In this document: in pieces, positions 19,281 through 26,547 of the stretch
Numbering within the stretch: the first letter of the stretch is position 1
Layout: the number at the start of each line of letters is the position of its first letter
Assembly: GCA_045587665.1 (NCBI GenBank)
Contig: JAZNCT010000065.1
Location: 95-64,094, forward strand
Direction of reading: 5' to 3'
Source: Eubacteriales bacterium
Lineage (GTDB): Bacteria > Bacillota > Clostridia > Oscillospirales > CAG-272
Length of the DNA stretch: 64,000 nucleotides
Made by a program: the position numbers and the translations under genes
Notes under the pieces: generated by a model
Told to the model about the DNA's origin: nothing
Database searches by the model: none
The model's input: only the letters and a program-made list of their open reading frames with translations

Positions 19281-19620
19281 AAAACAAAAGAGCACCACAT
19301 TTGTGGTGCTCTTTTGCTTTTTATGATTCAAACCGAATCGAACCCCACGAAATTCGAAATGAATTTCGTTAGTGCGAGCGTTTGTAAAGAAGCAATCACG
19401 CTAAGCAACAGCGCTCGCTTGGGTTCGATTTCCCGTATGAGCTCACCACATTTGTGGTGCTCTTTTGTTTTTTATGATTCAAACCGAATCGAACCCCACG
19501 AAATTCGAAATGAATTTCGTTAGTGAGAGCGTTTGTAAAAAAGCAATTACGCTAAGCAACGGCGCTTGCTTGGGTTCGATTTCCCGTATGAGCTCACCAC
19601 ATTTGTGGTGCTCTTTTGTT
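19281..19620 (+). repeat. tandem 151-bp repeat (2 units, 145/151 identical) plus three copies of one terminator hairpin
   Basis: caccacattt recurs at 19293, 19444 and 19595. Each unit ends in gggttcgatttcccgtatgagctcacca, a diverged copy of the tRNA-Glu T-arm/acceptor/CCA. Confidence 0.9.
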
Positions 19621-19703
19621 GTTCTCAAACCAAACCTAATTGATCCCCTGAAATCCTTAGGGATTTGTTTTTCAAATTTAAGAACATATATTTACATTAA
19701 AAT

Positions 19704-21398
19704 TCAATTAACCTCTCCAATCGAAACTCCGTTTTCGGTAAGATTAACATACCCATTTTTTATTGAAATATCGAAAAGGTGCGTTTTGGGTGTTTCATCT
19801 CTTGTTACCGCTTTTACTTTTGTAATGCCGTCTTCTCCTTTGACAAAGGAAAGGTCGTAAACCTGAGAATATATAGTCGTTTCGTACTCTATTTCACCTG
19901 TGCTTTTATCCTGAATCAAGAAAATAAAGGTAAACAATCCACTGGTTGTTCCATAACGCATACTGCAATTTTCATCAACTCCATCGCCGTCAACATCAAA
20001 TGTTGCGCTGTCGTAAGCAAGGGGTATTGTTGAGAAATTATCTATGTTTTTGAACTCTGCCCATGTTCTATACGAAACGTATTTATAGCCTTCTTTTACA
20101 GAAAATGGAACCATAAACCTATAAGTGCCGCTTTTCAATATACCAGAATGCTCTGCAACATAGCTCTTTGATTGTGTTTTATTCTTATTCAATACATATC
20201 CTATGGTAAAAAAAATTCTTTCTTCATCGAAGTCCGTCTCCAACCATTCCTCGCCTGATTTATATTCGATAGTAAACATTTCCCCAAAGATTACTTCTTT
20301 TTCTGTCTCATTATGCCAAACCACATTGAAAATATTATGTCCATCTTCGTCTTTATCTATGGAATGAATTGTAATATATACACCTTCGTAATCTGTGTAT
20401 ATATCTTCTCGAGGTGATATAGAATGATCATTCTGTTTTTGCGTAGGATTTGTAAGGAAACAAACCGCAACAACCACACACGCGGTGATCGCAGCTATTA
20501 TGAGCCAAAAGGCAGGCTTTTTGTAGTTAATAATGTGCTTAACACGATCCTTCACATCCACCTCTCCAAAGGCAAGCGGACAAGCCGCAATCATTCGTCT
20601 GTTTACGCTGCAAGTGAGAAGTGCTTCTGAATAGTCGGCTCTTGCATCACAGTCAAGCTCTTTGATAACCTTTTCATCACAAGCAAGCTCAATGTCGCGG
20701 CAAAGTAGAACGTAGCCAAGCCACATCAAGGGGTTAAACCAGTGGAGAATAAGCAGAAGAAAACCGAGAGGTTTCCAAAGGTGGTCTTTGCGCCGAATAT
20801 GCGCCATTTCGTGCGCTACAACGTATCCCATATCTTTCTCATTCATATTGAACGGAAGATAGATCTTCTGTTTTATTATACCGATTACAAAAGGAGATAC
20901 AACATTCTCGCTCTGATAGATGTTATCACAGAGCAAAATTGCAGTTCCGATCTTGCATTTCAGGCGAACGCAGCTGATTACCGTATAAATAAGCAAAGCA
21001 GCCATTCCGATTATCCAAAGCAACGCAAAGGTAGGTATCCATAGCTGTAAAGGATTTGCGCTTGTAGCAGGATTTGGGGCAAAGGAAGTGCCTATCACAG
21101 GATTTACGATTTGGTTGACTATCGGAATACCCGTATTTATTTTGGGAGTTCTATCCACCATAATTTCAGGACTTACCGTTTCAGAGCTTGGTATCAAACT
21201 AAATACACTTTCAATTGAAAACGGACAAATTAGACGAACCGCCACAATGCCCCAAAGAACTACTGTGATCCATTTGGGGGCCTTCTTTAGAAGCAAGCGC
21301 AGAAACAATACGGCAAGAACGATATAACTTGCCGATATGCTCATATTGATTACTCCGAGAAATATCTGTGACATCACTTTTCTCCTTTCCGGTAGCAA
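19704..21398 (-). CDS. BlaR1/MecR1-like M56 peptidase-domain signal transducer with non-PBP C-terminal domain
   Basis: Zinc motif HEMAHIRRKDHLWK in a multi-pass N-terminal half. Start overlaps the blaI stop. The C-terminal ~270 aa has no penicillin-binding motifs. Confidence 0.8.
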   Translation of the reverse strand: MLPERRKVMSQIFLGVINMSISASYIVLAVLFLRLLLKKAPKWITVVLWGIVAVRLICPFSIESVFSLIPSSETVSPEIMVDRTPKINTGIPIVNQIVNPVIGTSFAPNPATSANPLQLWIPTFALLWIIGMAALLIYTVISCVRLKCKIGTAILLCDNIYQSENVVSPFVIGIIKQKIYLPFNMNEKDMGYVVAHEMAHIRRKDHLWKPLGFLLLILHWFNPLMWLGYVLLCRDIELACDEKVIKELDCDARADYSEALLTCSVNRRMIAACPLAFGEVDVKDRVKHIINYKKPAFWLIIAAITACVVVAVCFLTNPTQKQNDHSISPREDIYTDYEGVYITIHSIDKDEDGHNIFNVVWHNETEKEVIFGEMFTIEYKSGEEWLETDFDEERIFFTIGYVLNKNKTQSKSYVAEHSGILKSGTYRFMVPFSVKEGYKYVSYRTWAEFKNIDNFSTIPLAYDSATFDVDGDGVDENCSMRYGTTSGLFTFIFLIQDKSTGEIEYETTIYSQVYDLSFVKGEDGITKVKAVTRDETPKTHLFDISIKNGYVNLTENGVSIGEVN

Positions 21399-21742
21399 TC
21401 TATCATTTTCTGTACTGCATCAATCTCCTCCTCTGAGATCTTCTGATGCTTTGTAAAAGCAGCAATAAACGCAGGGAGAGACCCCTCAAAGGTTTTCTCA
21501 ACCATTTCATTTATTTCGGCGGCTTGTACCTCATCCTTACTTACAAGAGCAGAAACAATAGTGTTCTCATTCTTAAGCACACCTCTTTCAGACAAACGCT
21601 TGATGACCGTATAGGTCGTTGTTGGTTTCCAGCCAAGCTGTTTACGGCAGAGATTCACCAGCTCACTGCTCTTTATAGGTTCGTGCTCCCACAAAATAAG
21701 GCAAAAGCGGTATTCACTTTCAAATACTTTTGGTGTTTCCAT
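21374..21742 (-). CDS. BlaI/MecI/CopY family transcriptional repressor
   Basis: 122-aa winged helix (WKPTTTYTVIKRLSERGVL). Operonic with the M56 protein. Confidence 0.85.
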   Translation of the reverse strand: METPKVFESEYRFCLILWEHEPIKSSELVNLCRKQLGWKPTTTYTVIKRLSERGVLKNENTIVSALVSKDEVQAAEINEMVEKTFEGSLPAFIAAFTKHQKISEEEIDAVQKMIDCYRKGEK

Positions 21743-21756
21743 TTGTGCTCTCCTTC

Positions 21757-21808
21757 CTCTAATATATTAGAGTAAATGTAGTCTAACACATTAGAGCAGA
21801 TTTGTCAA
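21757..21808 (-). promoter_or_regulatory. blaI promoter with two dyad operators CTCTAA-N4-TTAGAG
   Basis: Minus strand reads TTGACA, 17 nt, TAGACT. Dyads are ctctaatatattagag (21757-72) and gtctaacacattagag (21781-96), with centres 24 bp apart. Confidence 0.5.
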
Positions 21809-21919
21809 GAGGTTTTACAAAATTTTTTCAAACTTTTTCTATATACCAATCCAATCCTTAATAGAACGCCTATCAAAAAATATATGCTGACTTTTATATG
21901 CAAAAATCGGGCATTTACC

Positions 21920-21947
21920 TTGACAAAAAGTCAAATATGTGTATAAT
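21920..21947 (+). promoter_or_regulatory. promoter of aspS
   Basis: TTGACA, 16 nt, TATAAT. Confidence 0.6.
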
Positions 21948-21989
21948 AAATATGATATATTTCTTAATATGATTATGAGGAGAATAAAT

Positions 21990-23777
21990 ATGGCACAGTT
22001 GCTTACAAACAACGATAAACGCACCTGCTACTGCGCAGAGCTTTCCGAAAAGGATATCGGAAAAAAGGTCTGCGTTATGGGCTGGGCACAAAGGCAGAGA
22101 GACCTTGGCGCACTTATTTTCATAGATCTTCGCGACAGAAGCGGAATCATTCAGCTTGCTTTTGACGAGGAAACTAAAAAAGACGTTTTTGATGCGGCAT
22201 TCACTGTTAGAGCAGAATTTGTGCTCTGCGCACACGGAACAGTGCGTGCACGCTCATCCGTAAACCCCAATATTCCAACAGGAAAGATCGAGGTTGCTGT
22301 TTCTGAGCTCAAGATCCTCTCTTCTGCTCAAACACCTCCTTTTGAAATAGTTGAAAACAGCAAGGTCGGCGCAGAGCTTCGTTTGAAGCACCGCTATCTT
22401 GACCTTCGCCGCCCCGATATGCAGGGCAATATCATCGCCAGATCAAGGATAACAAAGATCGCACGTGATTATTATGCAGAAAACGGCTTTATGGATATTG
22501 AGACTCCCTGTCTCATCAAGCCCTCTCCCGAAGGAGCAAGAGACTATCTGGTTCCTTCCCGTGTTCATCCCGGCCGCTTCTATGCTCTCCCCCAGTCCCC
22601 TCAGCTCTACAAGCAGCTTCTTATGGTGTCCGGGTTTGACCGCTATTTCCAGATAGCGCGCTGCTTCCGTGACGAGGATCTGCGTGCTGACCGCCAGCCT
22701 GAGTTCACTCAGCTTGACACCGAAATGTCATTTGCAAGTGCACACGACGTTATGGCAATGCACGAGGGCTTTATCAAATATCTTTGGAAAGAATATTTTG
22801 GCAAAGAGCTTGGATATGACTTTATAAAAATGCCTTACCGTGAGGCTATGGAACGCTTCGGCTCGGACAAGCCCGATATCCGTTTCGGCTTTGAGCTTCG
22901 TGACCTTTCTGCTCTTCTTGCAAATTGCGAATTCAAGGTGTTTGCAGCAGCCATTGCCGAGGGCGGATCGGTTCGTGCTATCAATGTTAAGGGAGGGGCA
23001 CGATTCACCCGTAAGGAAATTGATTCCCTCACCGACTATGTTAAGACATATAAGGCAAAGGGTCTTGCTTGGCTCAAATGGGCAGAGGGGGGAGAAATAT
23101 CTTCTTCCTACGCAAAATTCCTCACAGATGAAGAAAATGAGGCTATCAAAAAGGCTATGGAAGCCCAGGCAGGTGACCTTATACTCATTGTTGCCGATAA
23201 AAACAAGGTAGTTTTCGATGCTCTCGGAAATCTGCGCTGCGAATGTGCAAAGAGACTTGGACTTCTCGATCCTCTTGACTTCAAATTCCTCTGGGTTACT
23301 GAATTCCCACTGCTTGAATGGAGCGAGGAGGATGAACGCTTCTATGCTATGCACCACCCCTTTACCTCTCCTATGGATGAGGATATGCAGTATATAGAAA
23401 GTGATCCCGGCAGAGTGCGCGCAAAGGCATATGACATAGTTCTTAACGGCACAGAGCTTGGCGGCGGCTCGGTTCGTATCCACAGCGAGGATATTCAAAA
23501 GAAGATGTTTGAAATTCTCGGTCTCACGCTGGAAGAAGCAAACGAAAAGTTCGGCTATCTTCTTGAAGCATTCAAATATGGCGTTCCTCCTCATGCAGGC
23601 CTTGCATTCGGTCTTGATCGCCTTGTAACTCTTCTGCTCGGACTTGAGGATATTCGCGATGTTATCGCATTCCCCAAGGTTCAAAACGCAAGTGAGCTTA
23701 TGTCAGGTGCTCCCGGGCCTGCTGACCCCAAGGGTCTTGACGAGCTTTGCATAGCCGTTACAAAAACCGAAGAATGA
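21990..23777 (+). CDS. aspS: aspartate--tRNA ligase
   Basis: OB-fold N-terminus (VMGWAQRQRDLGALIFIDLRDRSG) and class II motifs (FRDEDLRADRQPEFTQLD, GGGSVRIH, GLAFGLDR). ATG 21990 follows GAGGAG. Confidence 0.95.
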   Translation: MAQLLTNNDKRTCYCAELSEKDIGKKVCVMGWAQRQRDLGALIFIDLRDRSGIIQLAFDEETKKDVFDAAFTVRAEFVLCAHGTVRARSSVNPNIPTGKIEVAVSELKILSSAQTPPFEIVENSKVGAELRLKHRYLDLRRPDMQGNIIARSRITKIARDYYAENGFMDIETPCLIKPSPEGARDYLVPSRVHPGRFYALPQSPQLYKQLLMVSGFDRYFQIARCFRDEDLRADRQPEFTQLDTEMSFASAHDVMAMHEGFIKYLWKEYFGKELGYDFIKMPYREAMERFGSDKPDIRFGFELRDLSALLANCEFKVFAAAIAEGGSVRAINVKGGARFTRKEIDSLTDYVKTYKAKGLAWLKWAEGGEISSSYAKFLTDEENEAIKKAMEAQAGDLILIVADKNKVVFDALGNLRCECAKRLGLLDPLDFKFLWVTEFPLLEWSEEDERFYAMHHPFTSPMDEDMQYIESDPGRVRAKAYDIVLNGTELGGGSVRIHSEDIQKKMFEILGLTLEEANEKFGYLLEAFKYGVPPHAGLAFGLDRLVTLLLGLEDIRDVIAFPKVQNASELMSGAPGPADPKGLDELCIAVTKTEE

Positions 23778-23792
23778 TTTCTTGACAATCAA

Positions 23793-23823
23793 AAGGGCTG
23801 GAGCATTTTTAGCTACAGCCCTT
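23793..23823 (+). terminator. terminator after aspS
   Basis: Stem aagggctg/cagccctt followed by a T-rich tail. Confidence 0.55.
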
Positions 23824-23825
23824 GA

Positions 23826-24280
23826 TTTTATGTATTAGATCTCCCCTTTGCCGAATTTGGCGGTCAGGTACTTATAGAAGATCTCCCACGCTCATGCCTT
23901 GGCAGAGACTCTACGAGATCGCAGAGATCCTTTCTGTTGACGACAGAACAGGCGTTATATTTGATACAAATCATCTCATGTGGCAGAATAGTTTTGATTT
24001 TACAAAGGCTCTTGGGCACAAGATAGTTTCAACACATTTCTCAGACTACGATTTTATTGTCGAAAATCACTATCTGCCGGGAGAGGGAAAGATCGACCGG
24101 CACTCTCTCATGCACGCCCTTGACGATGCCGGCTACAAGGGTCCCTTTCTTTATGAAATAGGAAGCAGAAGTACTCCAAAAGTTTCACGTCAAGCTGCTC
24201 TCACAGCTGAGGACCTTATCAAAAACCATGAGGAGCTTATAAACTTCAAAGATCCAACTCCACACGATATATTCATATAA
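23826..24280 (+). pseudogene. C-terminal remnant of a xylose-isomerase-like TIM-barrel (sugar phosphate isomerase/epimerase) gene, frameshifted
   Basis: One frame reads FGGQVLIEDLPR. Around 23885 the homologous reading switches frame to ...GVIFDTNHLMWQ...LPGEGKID...KGPFLYEIG. The N-terminal half is absent, since aspS ends only 45 bp upstream. Confidence 0.55.
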
Positions 24281-24464
24281 GCATAATGCCCATTAAATGG
24301 CATGCACAATTTTTTGTAATTATTTGTTTTTAGAGTGAAGAAAGTAATACACGCTGTCTCGGTTGGATAGAAAAAGCAAGTCCGTTATCAAAATATTCAT
24401 TAAAAACGTTTCTGCACATATTCACTATTACCTTTAGCTTTGCAAAAAATCTCATCGGCCGGAT

Positions 24465-26042
24465 TCAGTGAAAAGTGAAAAATAAAAATCTCCCCGAGCT
24501 TTGTTCGGGGAGATTTTTTGGCTGGGCGGATGTGATGAAATCCGAACCATCTTGATTCGAAATATCTGATTCTGCGACGGAAAGTGCTTCAAGATCTTTT
24601 TGCACTTCTTCGTAGGTCACCTGTTTTTCTTTATTTATGTTATAGTAGATGACGAGCTTATCATCGTAAACATAAACGGCATTTATGAATGTATCTATCA
24701 TCTGCTGGCGGTAACTTTCATCTGTTACGTTGCCTGTAATGATGGCTTTTAACCAATTTCGATAATCTTCTTTTGTGAATGCATTTTTACTTGTTATCCG
24801 CAAATTTGCTAAGTCGATCTTCATCTCATCGATTTCGAAACTTAATTTCTCTATCTTCTCATTAAGCTTCTTAACCAAAAGCGAATTTTCGGCGTTTGCT
24901 ATCATAAGATCAACGGATGCATTTACCTCGCGTTCGGCTTTTTCGAGAGCTTTTTCCAGTTTCCCGATATTATCTGCCGAAAAATCCTTCTTGTATTGTT
25001 CATCTAACTTTTCCGCGATAAAATCTATTTTCTGAGGAGTAAGTATGTAATTGATGGTTTGCTCAACAACATATCTTTCAAGAACGTCCTTCTTTTCGTT
25101 TTTCTTTTTGCAGGTATGGTGTTTCTTTCGGGTGGCGCAAGTATAATAACGGTGAACGGTTCCGTCTCTTCCCTTGCCGCTCTCGCCTATCATATTAGAA
25201 CCGCACATTCCGCAGAACAGCTTTCCTTGCAACTGATATTTAATTTTGGCTTTCGAAGCAGCGGGTGCTCTTTTATTTGCTGCGATCTTTTCATTTACGA
25301 GCTTGAAAGTTTCATCATCAATTATTCTCGGATATATCTGCGGAATAATCTCATCCTGGAAGTTATACACTCCGATATATTTTTTGTTTCTCAAAATACT
25401 GTGTAGGCTTCCTATATGGAATTTCGATTTTAATCTAGGCTTAACGCCTCGGTCATTAAGATGCTTGACGATGTATGAGAGTCTCGTTCCTTTGGCATAT
25501 TCGTTAAAAATATACTTGACGATTTCTGCTTCGGCTTCATTTATTACGATCTTTTTATCCTTGACCTCGTACCCGTATGAGATAATTCCGCCGGTGAATG
25601 TTCCTCGGCTTCTTGCTACTTTCAGACCTCTTTTCACGTTCTGTGAGAGATTTGCCGAATAATATTCTGCCATACCTTCAAGCATGCTTTCGAGGATAAT
25701 TCCCATCGGATCTTCAGAGATGTTCTCCATGACAGAAACAACCTTGACATCGTTCTTTTTCAATTTTGATTTATATAAAGCACTGTCATAGCGATTTCTT
25801 GAAAATCTGTCCAGTTTATAAACAAGTACAACATCAAACTGTTTTTTCTCGGAGTCCTTGACCATCTGCTGGAACTGAGGACGGTGTTCTGCGTTTGTTC
25901 CCGTGCAGGCTCGGTCTATATAATTACCGATAACAGTGATATTATTTTGTTCTGCATATCTCATGCAGTCTTCTATCTGCCCTTCAATACTGCGTTCTGT
26001 CTGATTATAGCTTGAGTACCGCGCGTATATTACAGCGTTCAT
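24465..26042 (-). CDS. large serine recombinase (phage integrase)
   Basis: N-terminal resolvase domain MNAVIYARYSS...RSIEGQ with the catalytic Ser region, a recombinase domain, a Cys-rich zinc ribbon (CGMCG...YYTC) and a coiled coil. ATG 26042 follows GAAAGGAG. Confidence 0.9.
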   Translation of the reverse strand: MNAVIYARYSSYNQTERSIEGQIEDCMRYAEQNNITVIGNYIDRACTGTNAEHRPQFQQMVKDSEKKQFDVVLVYKLDRFSRNRYDSALYKSKLKKNDVKVVSVMENISEDPMGIILESMLEGMAEYYSANLSQNVKRGLKVARSRGTFTGGIISYGYEVKDKKIVINEAEAEIVKYIFNEYAKGTRLSYIVKHLNDRGVKPRLKSKFHIGSLHSILRNKKYIGVYNFQDEIIPQIYPRIIDDETFKLVNEKIAANKRAPAASKAKIKYQLQGKLFCGMCGSNMIGESGKGRDGTVHRYYTCATRKKHHTCKKKNEKKDVLERYVVEQTINYILTPQKIDFIAEKLDEQYKKDFSADNIGKLEKALEKAEREVNASVDLMIANAENSLLVKKLNEKIEKLSFEIDEMKIDLANLRITSKNAFTKEDYRNWLKAIITGNVTDESYRQQMIDTFINAVYVYDDKLVIYYNINKEKQVTYEEVQKDLEALSVAESDISNQDGSDFITSAQPKNLPEQSSGRFLFFTFH

Positions 26043-26120
26043 CCTGCTCCTTTCTGCATTTTCGTGAGACCACCAAAATGTCAATTCAAATTTGCAATAG
26101 TATGGCATTTTGAATAGATA

Positions 26121-26149
26121 TTGACAAAAATCGGCAGATATGATATACT
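26121..26149 (+). promoter_or_regulatory. promoter of toxin-like mRNA A
   Basis: TTGACA, 17 nt, TATACT, with TG upstream of the -10. Confidence 0.6.
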
Positions 26150-26266
26150 TATCGGCGGAGATCCGAAAGGAGATCCCGGAGAACACCATAAACGGTGGCG
26201 GTTGCTTCCCTTAATCGGGAATGCAGATTTCTTTTGTTTGCCTTCCCGAGAGGGGAGGTGATGCTG

Positions 26267-26356
26267 ATGTTTGTTACATGGGAACTGCTGTTCCTTTTTG
26301 CGGGTTTTATTCTCGCTCTGCTAACCTACATAGATAATCATAACAAAAAGAAATAA
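26267..26356 (+). CDS. 29-aa hydrophobic peptide, candidate type I toxin (holin-like toxin-type)
   Basis: Product is MFVTWELLFLFAGFILALLTYIDNHNKKK. SD GGGGAGG sits 8 nt upstream (ATG 26261 is an alternative start). One TM helix plus a basic tail. A paralog lies at 28280. Confidence 0.6.
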   Translation: MFVTWELLFLFAGFILALLTYIDNHNKKK

Positions 26357-26424
26357 CCGCCTCACTCCCACATAAGGCGGTTATTTCTATAATCGACAGG
26401 GGGCAACCGACATCGGTGCTCTCC
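26340..26424 (-). ncRNA. candidate antisense RNA A (antitoxin) convergent with the peptide gene
   Basis: Minus-strand consensus promoter TTGACA (26459-54), 17 nt, TATAAT (26436-31). Hairpin 26351-86 followed by ctttttgtt on the minus strand gives an RNA of about 85 nt overlapping the ORF 3' end. RNA ends are predicted, not measured. Confidence 0.5.
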
Positions 26425-26479
26425 GTTATTATTATATACCGCTTTATGCTTTTTGTCAATAGTTTTATTTGATTTATGA

Positions 26480-26516
26480 CCATTTTGTTGATGTCAACAA
26501 AATGGCTTTATTTTTT
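26480..26516 (+). terminator. strong plus-strand intrinsic terminator
   Basis: Stem ccattttgttga/tcaacaaaatgg followed by ctttatttttt. It would end a roughly 360-nt toxin mRNA that covers the whole antisense gene. Confidence 0.7.
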
Positions 26517-26547
26517 AAATTCGTAATCGTTTGGAATTTTGGGCTGT

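Noticed and set aside
19281-19620. Possible CRISPR array
   Set aside because: The period is 151 bp with only 2 to 3 copies, and whole units are repeated with no unique spacers. No cas genes are present.
19314-19860. Two ORFs (69 and 131 aa) with near-identical N-termini
   Set aside because: They arise because the 151-bp tandem repeat is open in one frame. There is no RBS, and the second runs into the antisense of the blaR1-like gene.
22728-23684. 318-aa ORF on the minus strand
   Set aside because: It lies entirely antisense to aspS, whose product has clear class II synthetase motifs. The antisense product has no RBS or motifs. It is a typical shadow ORF.
26043-26189. 49-codon N-terminal extension of the integrase ORF (track start 26189)
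   Set aside because: Serine recombinases begin at the catalytic domain (MNAVIYARYSS), and ATG 26042 has a GAAAGGAG RBS. The extension overlaps the plus-strand toxin promoter and leader. The shared MVFSGI start with ORF 28169 simply reflects the conserved leader box read on the other strand.
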